Positions 12,975 through 24,914 of a DNA stretch of 64,000 nt are shown piece after piece. This stretch comes from Octopus sinensis (lineage: Eukaryota), in contig NC_042999.1 of assembly GCF_006345805.1 (NCBI RefSeq), positions 69,006,001-69,070,000 of the forward strand, written 5' to 3'. Numbering within the stretch: the stretch's first letter is position 1; each line of letters begins with the position of its first letter. The position numbers and the translations under genes are program-made. A model generated the notes under the pieces. It was not told where the DNA came from. It made no database searches and worked only from the letters and a program-made list of their open reading frames with translations.

Positions 12975-13930
12975 AGTTCAGCAAAAATTTAGATTCAAAT
13001 GAATATGGTACTTAATTTAGATGCACCAGAATTTTGTATGGTGTTATCCATAAAAATTTGTGGGGTGATTATAATCAAAATAAGCAACAAGAATGACTCT
13101 GGTAATTTGGTACAATCGTTTCGTACTACATCATTTTATTAAATGTTGTAAGTATTACAACAGATTTAAGATGCTGAGTACTCATCAGCCAATTATAGAG
13201 GTTTTCCATTAATACAAAAGTTTTCAAATCAAGTGGCAACATTATAGAGACGGTAGATATACAGACAAAGATGTGGATTTAAATTTTAAGAGCATATGAG
13301 GTAGTGAAGTCCTTCCACTGACTGACCAAGATATGACTGTTCCTAACTGCTATAAGGTTAGAACTAATAAAGATTTTTTAATTGTAGAAATGGGGTAAAG
13401 GAGGTTTCAGAACACCATAAAAGGAATTCATGTTGAAGACAACAATTGCCACTAACAAATGCCAATTACTGCTATTTTGTGAGAGAAACTAGGTCAATGT
13501 CAAATGGTCTTAATCTCATTTACAGAGAGTGTAATTTAGAGAAAAAAAAGGGGAAAAACCTATCACTTATTATTATGAGTAGGCATAGTATTTTATAACT
13601 GGGGGAAAGCCTTATTAATTTTAAAGCTAGATTAAATTTAGAAAAAAATTCCAATTTCAAGTTTGCAGTGAAGTTTTTTTAGTCATCTATGAATGTTAAA
13701 TTGAAAGCTAGTATAGTATATTTCTTATTATTTGATTATAAAGAATTAAAATTTGAAAAATATAAAAATACTCACAAAATTATTATTTAAAGTATTTAAA
13801 TGTTCGGGTTGTGCAATGTATACAAGATGCTCCCAACTCCAGACGATTATTCAACAGATTGTATTACTCTGATGTTTTAAAATTTCATAAGTTTCCATAG
13901 AACAAAGTCGACAACCTTCCCTACTATTTC
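12975..13930 (-). mobile_element. 3' end/pLTR of a second Penelope-like family
   Basis: Minus-strand remnant CRLCSMETYEILK...LLNNRLELGASCIH resembles the C-terminus of PLE ORFs; it is followed by an AT-rich UTR and a hammerhead. Confidence 0.55.
13103..13195 (-). ncRNA. Type I hammerhead ribozyme in a Penelope pLTR
   Basis: TAATTGG-CTGATGA-GTACT...AGTAC-GAA-AC(GATT)GT-A-CCAAATTA. Canonical core, G-C closed stem II, GUA site, near-palindromic short stem III. Confidence 0.78.
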
Positions 13931-13938
13931 TATAAGGT

Positions 13939-14695
13939 TGAATACATCACATGACCAAACCAGCACAGTCTTCTCTCTTGCACACAGCAACCAACTCCTC
14001 TTATGCCAAACTTCTCTCTCAATATGCCAGCCCTCTGTTGAACATGTACACTTACATTACACATCCAGCAGAGCATACTAGCCTCATTCCTTTCCAACCT
14101 TCGCATGTCCTCTTCATTCAGGACCCACATCTCCCTACCATGTAGAATTGCTCTCCATATACATGCATTATGCAATCTTCCTTTCACTTGGAAAGTGAAA
14201 CCATTCATGGCCAACAGAGGTAACAGCTCTCTGAATTTCCTCCCTCCTATTCTTATTCTAGCTATCACACTCTCTGTGCATCCTCCCCACACAACTAATT
14301 TGGTCCCCTAGATAGCAGAAATTATCTACTGCCTCTAATGAGCCACCAGGGCATTTGATGGAATTAATTTCCAGAGTCTCTGAGGTTTTTAAGGATTCTA
14401 TGCATCTTCCACAAACTAACACTACCTTCTCAGGTAACCTTCCAATTAACCCACTGCTCATCTGGTGTGTTCATAGCTTGCACTGGGTCCACCATATGGA
14501 GTTCCTGCCTACACCTTTCCTACAAATTGATCAGGGTCACCTGCCTGAGGGGTGTAGGGTCCTGGCAGTTTTCTGGCTTATTAGGACCTTAATCTTTGCT
14601 AAGTTAACCGTAAGGCCCTTAGATCCCAGGTTTTGCTTCCACACCTGGAAATTTTTCATCTAGCTCTGATATGGAATCCACTATGAGGGGGCTTC
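13939..14695 (-). mobile_element. RTE-clade LINE ORF2 fragment
   Basis: FCYLGDQIS, ARIRIG..KFRELLPLL, KGRL..AC...LHG.E.W and EASML.WMC motifs with frameshifts. Confidence 0.85.
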
Positions 14696-15071
14696 TGTTA
14701 GTTTCAGTCTACCAAATCCACTCACTCGCCCAAGGTGCCACATAGTGGGACTGAACCAGGAACCATGTGGTTGGGAAGCAAACTTCTTACCACACAGCCA
14801 TGCCTGTGCCTATATACATACATACATATATACATACATATATATATATACATATATATTTAAGCATGTGAGTATTTTACATATGTTTGTATCATCCTGT
14901 TGGTCACTTTCTCTCATTCCTTTCTCCATTTCTTGCTTTATACTGTAATTAACATCAAAAAATGATCTATGACTGCTATGGACTGTAACGACATGAACAA
15001 TTAATTAATGCAAGAGATGAGCACAACAACAACAACAACACAGAGATGAATGGAGCAACGAAGCTACTTAC

Positions 15072-15164
15072 AGTGGACATGCGTCATATGAGGGATGCTG
15101 TAGTAGAAAAATGGTGTGGATGGTGCTGCTGCCGCCACTTGAGACAAATAATTTATTAAGTTCT
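15072..15164 (-). CDS. NPL: NPL-like exon with catalytic Tyr (NLINYLSQVAAAAPSTPFFYYSIPHMTHVH)
   Basis: ccatttcag acceptor, T|gtaagt donor; 93 nt, phase 1 to phase 1. Matches human VAAAAPALPFYYYHIP. Confidence 0.95.
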
Positions 15165-15515
15165 CTGAAATGGAGACAAGAAAAGAACCAAGATAATTCA
15201 AACTTTAATGACATGCATGTGTGTGTGTGTAGATAGAATATATATCAGAAATATCACTGCTGTTAGCATCACTATCATCACCATCATCATCATTGTTGTC
15301 ATCATTATCATTTACCATCATCATTATTCGCCCCGCGTTGAGCGAAGCTATTAAATAGGCACAGGAGTGGCTGTGTGGTAAGTAGCTTGCTTACCAACCA
15401 CATGCGTGGCATCTTGGGCAAGTGTCTTCTACTATAGCCTCGGGCCGAACAAAGCCTTGTGAGTAGATTTGGTAGACAGAAACTGAAAGATGCCTGTTAT
15501 ATATATGTATATATA

Positions 15516-15546
<31 letters not shown>

Positions 15547-15822
15547 ATGTATATGTTTGTGTGCCTGTGTTCGTCCCCCTAACATCGCTTGGCAACCGAT
15601 GCTGGTGTGTTTGCGTCCCCGTCACTTAGCAGTTTGGCAAGAGAGACAGACAGAATAAGTACTAGGCTTACAAAGAATAAGTCCTGGGGTCGATTTGTTC
15701 GACTAAAGGCGGTGCTCCAGCATGGCCGCAGTCAAATGACTGAAGCAAATAAAGAAAGAACCACCATTATCAGCACAATCATCATTGTCTCCAGCTGGCT
15801 ATATGACAAGATCTGTTTCCTT

Positions 15823-16015
15823 ATATTTTCAAACAAGGGAATCTCGCACCCCCACTCAGCTCGAAACAATATCTGTGTATCATGATTTCCAGGTTATTTC
15901 CCTCTAGCTGAACAATTATTCTGTGCTGATGAAGAGAAATAACACAGAAATTGTGACACACAGATATTGTTTTGAGCTGAGTGGGGGTTCCAGATTGCCT
16001 TGTTCGAAAATATAA
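15823..16015. repeat. Imperfect inverted repeat
   Basis: CCCCCACTCAGCTCGAAACAATATCTGTGT pairs with ACACAGATATTGTTTTGAGCTGAGTGGGGG. Confidence 0.75.
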
Positions 16016-16163
16016 CGACACGGATCGTGTCGTATATCCAGCTGGAGATGATGTCTCCTGGGGCTAAACTACAGCAACATTCGTCCTAAACCAGGATTAC
16101 CATGTTATGTTGGCAAACAATCTTTACTTCAAAAAGAAAATATATTCATGAAGATGAACTGAC

Positions 16164-16239
16164 CTTCAGTTTTTGGTTTATAAAATGTTGGACACATACA
16201 CGCAATGGCATCAGCACCAATGGCTTCTGCATGTTTGGC
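16164..16239 (-). CDS. NPL: NPL-like exon (AKHAEAIGADAIACMCPTFYKPKTE)
   Basis: gattccag acceptor, G|gtcagt donor; 76 nt, phase 0 to phase 1. GAD motif matches human [22 protein letters not shown]. Confidence 0.95.
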
Positions 16240-16874
16240 CTGGAATCAAAGAGAAAACTTGAAATAACAACAATATCTTCATAGAATAACAAACTCTGTT
16301 TATTTCATGGCAGACATTTTTTTGTAACTGAAATTAAACCAAAACCTTATCTCAAAGAAACCAACACATTTGCATAAAGTAAGAAATACGTCTTCTACAA
16401 CCAAATTTGTTGGTTTTCTCATTAATATTTGTGAGATGAAGGCGTTGGACTGGTAGAATCTCCAGAACTTTGGGCAAAATGTTAAGTGAAATTTCGTCCA
16501 TCCTTATCTTATGTTCTGAATGCAAATTCTACTTTTGTCTTTTTGGGGTCGGAAAAAAATAAGTACCAGTTGAGTATGGTGGGGGGTCACTGTAAGCGAC
16601 TTGTCCCCCCACACACACACACTCCACCCCATCCCAAAATTGTAGTTGCTAGCCTAGTGCCAAAGTTTAAAATCAATATATATATATATGAGATTAATCA
16701 TTGATACTCCACCAATAATTTACATCGATCATCCTCCTGGGCCACCGAATTACCTCTCACCACCACTATCTCTCTCCCTCCCCCTCTCTCTTCTCCATTT
16801 ACTACACCTTACCTATACCCTTACAACCGACATATCTCTTCCTCCCACCCTCTCTCATTTTCACCCTGTCTATT

Positions 16875-16875
16875 G

Positions 16876-16908
<33 letters not shown>

Positions 16909-17060
16909 CATCATCATCGTCATCATCATCATCACCACCATCATCATCATCACCATCGTCATCATCATCATCATCATCGTCATCGTTATCATCACCATCA
17001 TCATCATCATCACCACCGTCGTTGTTGTCATCATCATCATCATCATCATTATCGTTAGCA
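16875..17060. repeat. (CAT)n microsatellite
   Basis: Directly visible. Confidence 0.95.
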
Positions 17061-17909
17061 TGATGAACAAAAATGCTTTGCAGGATTTCTTCCAGCTTCA
17101 CATTCTAAGTTAAAATTCTGTTCAGGTCAACTTTGACTTTCACCCTTTAGGGATCCAGAAAATAAAGAACCACTTCATCATACATAAACAGATAGACAAT
17201 TGACTTACAAATTCCATTAAAATTGCTGGCCTTGTGCCAAAGTATGAAACCACTTCTTCTTCTTCTTCTTCTTATTATTATTATTATTATTATTAGTATT
17301 AGTATTAGTATTATTATTATTATTATCATTAACATTAGGGCTTGCAGAATCGTTAGCACACTGGACAAAATGCTTAGCCGTATTTCGTCTGCCACTAGGT
17401 TCTGAGTTCAAATTCTGCTGAGGTCCACTTCACCTTTCATCTTTTTGGGGTCAATAAATTAAGTACCATTTGTGTACTGGGGGGTCGATACAATCGACTA
17501 GTCCCTTCCCCACAAAATTTCAGGCCTTGTGCCTTTAGTAGAAAGGATTATTATTATTAGTAGTAGTGGTAGTGGTGGTGGTGGTAGTAGTAGTAGTAGT
17601 ATATTTATTAATTCATAATAGAATATAAAGATAGAAATCATGTTAATGGTTTTTATCAGGGAGTCAGCATGCTATAAAAATTTAATCTACAAAATCAGAG
17701 TTAACCCAAGGAGTTAAACAACAACAACAACAACAGCAGCAGCAACAGACAACAATAATTTCCATTCTTGTAGCAGACATTTTGGGTTTCTTTAATCAGA
17801 CATTGGAATCATATTTGAGGTTTTTGCTTTTTGGTCAAATTTCAGTTCCTATCTAAACATAAGAGAATACAAGACATACTGTGGTAGTAAACTAACTGGT
17901 TACACTTAC

Positions 17910-17967
17910 CAATTCTATGGAACTTCTCAAATTGGCAGCACCAACGTGAAGGATTACTTTCTTTATT
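17910..17967 (-). CDS. NPL: NPL-like exon (IKKVILHVGAANLRSSIEL)
   Basis: attaacag acceptor, TTG|gtaagt donor; 58 nt, phase 2 to phase 0. Matches human VIIHVGALSLKESQEL. Confidence 0.95.
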
Positions 17968-18104
17968 CTGTTAATATGAAAAAGATAAAATGTAATACAA
18001 ACATACATGTATGGAACTACACGCACATGTATGCATAACATACATGCATACAAATGTGCACACATACATACATGCATGCATACATATATATATGCATGCA
18101 TATA

Positions 18105-18333
18105 GGCGGCGAGCTGGCAGAAACGTTAGCACGCCGGGCGAAATGCTTAGCCGTATTTCGTCTGTCGTTACGTTCCGAGTTCAAATTCCGCCGAGGTCGA
18201 CTTTGCCTTTCATCCTTTCGGGGTCGATAAATTAAGTACCAGTTACGCACTGGGGCCGATGTAATCGACTTAATCCCTTTGTCTGTCCTTGTTTGTCTTC
18301 TCTGTGTGTAGCCCCTTGTGGGTAGTAAAGAAA
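18105..18333 (+). mobile_element. tRNA-derived SINE family A (GGCGGCGAGCTGGCAGAA...), well-preserved copy
   Basis: A-box/B-box-like head. Further copies at about 5345-5588, 8565-8798, 10785-11010, 17335-17550, 19545-19758, 26080-26280, 26465-26900, 38531-38763 and 39552-39783. Confidence 0.85.
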
Positions 18334-20929
18334 TATATATATGCATGAATACATACATGCATGCATACATATATACATCCATACATACACACACACACAT
18401 ACATACATACATACATGCATCCATCCATACACACATACATGCATGCATGCATGCATGCATGCATACATATATGCATGCATGTAAGCATGCATACATATAT
18501 ACATATGTTGAATAAAATCATTAATTAACTGATCCTTCCGTTTTTTTTTTTATCGGAAGTCAGGAACTTTTCAGCACGGCAAATTTTTTTCTTTTTTTTT
18601 TAGGAAAAATAAAATGGAAAACTAACAAAAAAAAAATATCAACAAAAATTAAATCCTTTGAAATTTCCTATTTAATGCTGAAATCATTTAAAATAAAATA
18701 GCTTAAGGGAGGTAGCTTTAAAGCTTAGTTTATAATTCTATTACGTAAGTTACTTCCCTTTATATTTATGTCCGAGAAGATTATTTACTGACGAAATATC
18801 TAAATCACCGAAGGAGGTCCAAATAAAGAGTGAAAGAGAAGAAAACATATCAGTTGATGGAAGTGCAGAATTGTTTGAGGATCGAACAAAATCCTTTACC
18901 GCATTCAGCTACATTCCTTTGTGTTTCGAGTTCAAATTCAACAAGCTTGAATGAATGTGAGTGAAGTTAGTGTTCAATACAAATCATAGACAATCCACAA
19001 AGCCTGGTATACGTTCGTGATTCAAGGTAATATTTTTACAAGAACTTTTGCAGGTACAATGTATTACCATTTTATTTCTTGAAGTTTTCAGTTAACATAG
19101 TTTAATTCTGGTTCAACATCTTAACCAAAGCAAATAGATGACTCGTCTACGTACTTTGATCTTAATATGGGGCTCTTCAACCGTGGAGGCCCTCTGCGAC
19201 CACAGGGGTTCCAGGGGCTTACCGACGGCCCTGCTCCCCGTAACTTATTTAGACAAAAGAGTAAATTCAGCAACAAGAAACAGACGGGATTCTGCTTTAA
19301 GCACACCTCATAACTTCTTTATTTTTGGGAATTTTCAGAAACTTTCTGTGAATTTGTGTTCCACACACGGGAATTCACACAACTATATTTTTTAAAAACA
19401 TTTTCCGAATTGTCCTTTTTAAATCACAGTTTAAAATATGGTTTGTCCGAAATTTTGGCTTCAATCCCAGCAACAGACAAATGTGTTTATGAGGAGAAAG
19501 ATACAGAAAGACATCAATACGTCAAAGTGACAAACAACCAAGGACGGTAGCACGCCGGGCGAAATGCGTAGCCGTATTTCGTCTGCCATTACGTTCCGAG
19601 TTCAAATTCCGCCGAGGTTGACTTTGCTTTCATCCTTTCGGGGTCGATAAATTAAGTACCAGTTACGCACTGGGGTCGATGTAATCGACTTAATCCGTTT
19701 GTCTGTCCTTGTTTGTCCCCTCTGTGTTTAGCCCGTTGTGGGTAGTAAAGAAACAGGTATAAGGTGGTCGTGAGATGTGCTAAAAAATAACAGCTAAATA
19801 GCCCTTAAATCACGCACCAAAACTTTCTTTTATCGGTTTTTGTATAATCGTATGAATTCCCGTAGGTAGAACAAATTCGCAAAAATTTTCGGAAAATTCC
19901 AAAAAATAAAAAAAAAGTTATGAAGGGATTATATGGGGTGCGTGAAGCAAAATTCCGCCAAAATAAACGATAGAATAAGTGTCAAACTTCGAAAGACAAA
20001 AAACGTAAGATTTGTTCGACTAAAACACTTGAAGGCCGTGCTGCAGCATGGCCGTAGTCCAGCAAAAATAAAGGATAAATAAAGCAAATACATAATCTGC
20101 TGGTAGGGGAGACAACTTCCGCATGTCTTTTACTGATGTTTGTCTCCCTTATACTATCCAACACGTAAATTTTATAGCCGATTCTTTTAGTATATTAATG
20201 TAGCCGTTGTATTAATAGTTTAACCACGAGTATGCTCTAATCAGGCAGTTGTATGATTAAAGATGTTTCAATCATCACCATCACATTTTATTTCAAGCAA
20301 AGATCACATCATCGAGGATGTAGCTTGGCTGCTATTTCTAGCGGAAATGACAGCCTGAAATAGGCTTTCATCTGTAGATTTCAAAATAGTCATAATTTTT
20401 ACGATAGAATATAGCTTATCTTGGTCATCAAGTGAAAGAATTAAAGAACATAAGCGCACGCTTCTGTGTGTGTGTGTGTGTGTGTGCGCGCGTGCGTGTG
20501 TGTGTGCGTTGTGTATGTGTTGTGCATGAGCGCATGAGCGTGTGTGGAAAATGCTGTAAACCCGTTAACGAAGTAGATTGTAATTGCGAACCATGGTACA
20601 CAATAAATGCATCCTACACGTCCTTCATTTTTTAAATGATGGTAGGTTTCATCTGATGGAAATTTGACTGCTATTTCTAGAAACCACACAGATTCTTCTA
20701 AAGGAGTGGATCAATTAATGATTACAGTTTGCTAGACTTAGAAATGTGCGTGTGTTACATGCTGTGCGTGTGTTACTTGCAGTGCGCGTGTGCATGCGTG
20801 ACCTTCTCCCAGAGACATGCTTTAGCAAAAGATACTCGCCCAAGGTGCCACGCAGTGGGACTGAAACTGAAACCATGTGGTTGGAAGCAAGCTTCTCACC
20901 ACACAGCCACTTATATATGAAACATCTAC

Positions 20930-21100
20930 TTTTCATGGATAGGGCCGTGACTGCTGAGGACATGCGTAAGCTCTCAAGGAATGAAGCCAGTATGCTCCGA
21001 TGGATGTTTAATGTCAGTGTGCATACTCAACAGAGTGTATGCACCTTGAGAGAAAAGTTGGACCTAAGAAGCATCAGCTGTGGTGTGCAAGAGAGATGTA
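20930..21100 (+). mobile_element. RTE-clade LINE ORF2 fragment
   Basis: VTAEDMRKLSRNEASMLRWMFNVSVH...LREKLDLRSISCGVQER. Confidence 0.75.
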
Positions 21101-22169
21101 ATCAGCCCACTTATGCATACCTTTCCTTCTTTGGACACAAAACTCTGATTGCGAAGACCTGTTGAGACAAGTGAAATCGAAATCGAAATTGAATTGAAAA
21201 TCGAACCAAATTCGTCGACCGGTACCCATGCCAACCTCTCTTCACTGGACACTAAACTCCACTTGCAAAGACTTGTTGGGGCAAGTGAAATCGAAATTGA
21301 ACCAAATTCAATGACTAGCACCAATGCCAGTGGAGCGCTAACATTCCATCCAAGCGGGGTCACTGCCCGAGCAGCTGTCTGGCGAGTAAAGAGCACTATT
21401 TGAGCGTGATCGTAGTCAGTGTTGCCTCACTGGCACTTGTGCCGGTGGCACGTGAATAAAATATTCGAGCCAGGTTGTTGCCAGCGCTGCTGAACTGACT
21501 CCTGTACAGGTGGCACATAAAGAACACCATTTTCAAGCGTGGCCATTGCCAATACCACCAGACTGGCCCTCATGCCGGTGGCACTTTAAAAGCACCGACT
21601 ACACTCTCAGAGTGGTTGGCATTAGGAAGGGCATCCGGCTGTAGAAACTCTGCCAGATCAGATTGGTGCCTGGTGCAGCCATCTGGTTCGCCAGTCCTCA
21701 GTCAAATCGTCCAACCCATGCTAGCATGGAAAGCGGAGGTGAAACGATGATGATTATGATGATATATACATATATAACTTTAAAAAAACCATTCAAGCGT
21801 GGTCATTGATTGTGCCACTGGACTTGTTCCTGTGCAGTGACACGTAAAAAGCACCATTTGAGTGTGGCTGATGCCAGAACCGCCTGACTGGCCCTGATGC
21901 CGGTAGCACATAAAAGCACCCACTACACTTTCAGAGTGGTTGGCATTAGGAAGGGTCTCCAGCTGTAGAAACCTTGCCAGAATAGACTGGAGCCTGGTGC
22001 AGCCTCTGGCTCACCAGTCCTCTGTCAAACTGTCCAACCCATGCCAGCATGGAAAGCGGACATTAAACGATATATAACTCTGACAGGTTTCGGCCAATAT
22101 AGGCCCAGGCCACGTCTGACTTAATAGCACCACCTGGTGAAGTCTTTTAGTCATATATGGGGCACCATG

Positions 22170-22400
22170 GCCTACTCTAGCAAAGAGTTATTATTGTTGG
22201 TGACATATACGGATGTAGCTGATTGGTCTGGGATTTTTTGAAGAAATTTATCCAGAGAACTTTTGAATTTTATAGGATCAGTTTCCATTTTGACGTATTT
22301 TGGTATGGTATTAAAGAGAGCTGGACTGGGTGAGGCAAAGTAAATATGACATAATGTTGCTATGTATCCTGAGTTCAATTTTTGTTGTGGGCAGATAGGA
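22170..22400 (-). mobile_element. CR1/L2/Jockey-group LINE 3' coding remnant
   Basis: PALFNTIPKYVK...KFKSSLDKFLQKIPDQ. Confidence 0.65.
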
Positions 22401-23048
22401 CGGAGGCCAAGTCTTGTATGGATTTTAAAATTGATGCCAACATCATTTGTGTAATATTGATGGAATATTTTCCACATCATTCAAATGATGTAGCATTTCT
22501 GGTGGCATTGAGAGAGTAGAGGTCGAGTTTTTTAGTCGACCCCAATAATCAATGCTTCTCATGCCATCTATATATATATAAAACAATACTGGGAGGATAA
22601 GAAACGGAATGAAGCGAAGAATCGAACGAACCCGACGCGAAGCGCTTTCACACAATAGTGTAATAAATAAAATATATGCATACATACAAACATATATGTA
22701 CGTACCTACATCTACATGTATATATACGTACAGGACACCACAAAAAGACGTAGAACTCAACAGAAACGAAAAACAGAAAGCCATTTTTTTACAACAGAAG
22801 GACAGAGACGTGGAACAGGACGAGAACAAAAACGGGAAAAACATTATTTACAACAGAAAAACAAGGTACAGGACATACTACACAAGGAAAAATCCCCTTC
22901 ATCAGCTGTCGCTAGTAGACTTAGCGTGTTTCGAAGGCAAGACAGGATACGACTTGTCAATACTAGGCCTTCCTGCGAGAGAATTAAAATAAAATAACCT
23001 CGCAGAGGGGTAAAACAAGCACGAAAAAAATGTAACACAAACAGGACG

Positions 23049-23116
<68 letters not shown>

Positions 23117-23126
23117 TATATAGAAG

Positions 23127-23179
23127 GAGCTTCTACAGGACTAGAACTGTTTCATTCAAGAGAAATCTTCAGGAAGCTC
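23127..23179 (-). ncRNA. Type I hammerhead ribozyme
   Basis: GAGCTTC-CTGAAGA-TTTC(TCTT)GAAT-GAA-ACAG(TTCTAGTC)CTGT-A-GAAGCTC: 7-bp stem I, CUGAAGA core, GAAA, 4-bp stem III, GUA site. The stem II closing pair is U-U. Confidence 0.8.
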
Positions 23180-23225
23180 TTCCTGAAGATTTCTCTTGAA
23201 TGAAACAGTTCTAGTCCTGTAGAAG
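23179..23225 (+). ncRNA. Mirror-image hammerhead copy (4-bp stem I)
   Basis: Other arm of the palindrome: CTTC-CTGAAGA...GAAACAG...CTGT-A-GAAG. Confidence 0.65.
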
Positions 23226-23348
23226 CTCCTTCTATATAACAAATTAATTTTACTCTACTATGTATTGAGTACCTTATTTACTGTGGTTAACCCCGAATCA
23301 ACCCGGGACCTACATATATATATATATAGATAGATAGATTGCATGAGA

Positions 23349-23389
<41 letters not shown>

Positions 23390-24914
23390 TTATATATATA
23401 CATAGTAAATTACATATATTGACGTGTACTCGTGTGTGTGTGTGTGTGCATGTGTGTATGTGGGAGGGTGCATGTGTGTGTGTGTCAGACTATCTCAAGA
23501 CAATCTCAAAGTAAAAGAGTCCTTTTATGGACAGAAGATAATAATTAATAAAACAATATATTATAATAACATTCATATTTCCTCATTAATTTCTGCCATC
23601 GTTCAATGAATTATTTATGAAAGTGGGGTGTGGCTGACATCACCTTGATTTAAACCATTACCACCACAACGCTAATCTATTGGATTGATCAACATTTCGC
23701 AAATCCATTTAATATCGCCATTGTTCGTTAATTTACATTTGATGTGGTAACGATGGAGTTTATGGTTCGTCAAAGAAACACACTAATTAAACAGGACAAA
23801 GCTAACAAATATATCATTGTTAATGCTTAACTAACGAACTGTTCCCACCCATCCAATGTGTGTCTTGATGCTGACCTCAGAGACCAGATACTTAATGGAT
23901 CAAACTACGATCAAAGTCTGTTGTTGTTGCTGTTGCTATTGTTGTTGTTGTAGTTATTATTATTATTAGTAGTAGTAGTAGTAGTAGTAGTAGTATTGTC
24001 CTTATTATTATCATGTTTGAAGAGTAAAATCAGGAAATGCTGTTATTAATGGATAAGTGAAGGATGTAAAAGATTTATTTATGACGATTAAGATAGAACC
24101 GTAAACACATTCACGATTTGATGTCTAGCAACTAACTTAGTAGAAGTTCGCAAGATTATCCACCATCTTTCCAACAACACCTTTCGCCACCTTGTTTTGA
24201 ATTTAATATCTCCACCAACTATGGACTTGTCCCCTCCTCCTCCTCCTCCTCATCATCATCATCATTATCATCATCATTGTATAATGTCCATTTTTCCATG
24301 CTTGTATGTGATGGGCAGAGTATATTGTGGCAGATTCTCTATGGCTGGATACCCTTCCAGTTGCTAACCCTCGCCTGTTTCCAAACAAGGTAATATTTCC
24401 CCGGGACCAGATATATTCTCACAGAATACTGGAAATAAACAACACTGCTTGTATGACAGTGACACTCATTTACAACTATCACATGACGTCAAGACAAGGA
24501 AACACAAAAGCACACACATACACGTACACACACACACACATACACACGCAGACACTGGACTTCAATTTTTGCCCACCAAATCCACTCACAAACCATTGCT
24601 CAGCTAAAGTAGAAGACACTTGCCCAAGGTGTCACACAGTGGTACTGAACTTGAAAGCATGTGGTTGGGAAGCAAATTTCTTAACCACGCAGCCACGCCT
24701 GCAGCTGATAGTTACAACTGCAACACACAGTCATGCACTGCACCCATGAATTCTGGAACATGTTTTTCACTTTCAGAATTGCCAAAGCATAGAATAAACA
24801 ACCCACATCAGTCATTAATTGTCCAAACATTGCATCCTTCAAAAAAAACCCTCTGCTTTTTGAAAATACACCACCAAATCTTCTCCTGACATTCCTTTTC
24901 TCTTCATGGCTCTT

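Noticed and set aside
15855-15935. CGAAAC and CTGATGA within the 15.8-16.0 kb inverted repeat
   Set aside because: Order and pairing do not give a hammerhead fold.
22078-22112. GGCC-TATATT-GGCC-GAAAC-CT-GTC-AGAG hammerhead half on the minus strand
   Set aside because: The CUGAUGA core is missing (apparently deleted); at most a dead relic.
22880-22940. Minus-strand CGAAAC...CTGATGAAGG, a possible type II hammerhead
   Set aside because: Stems I and III cannot be paired convincingly.
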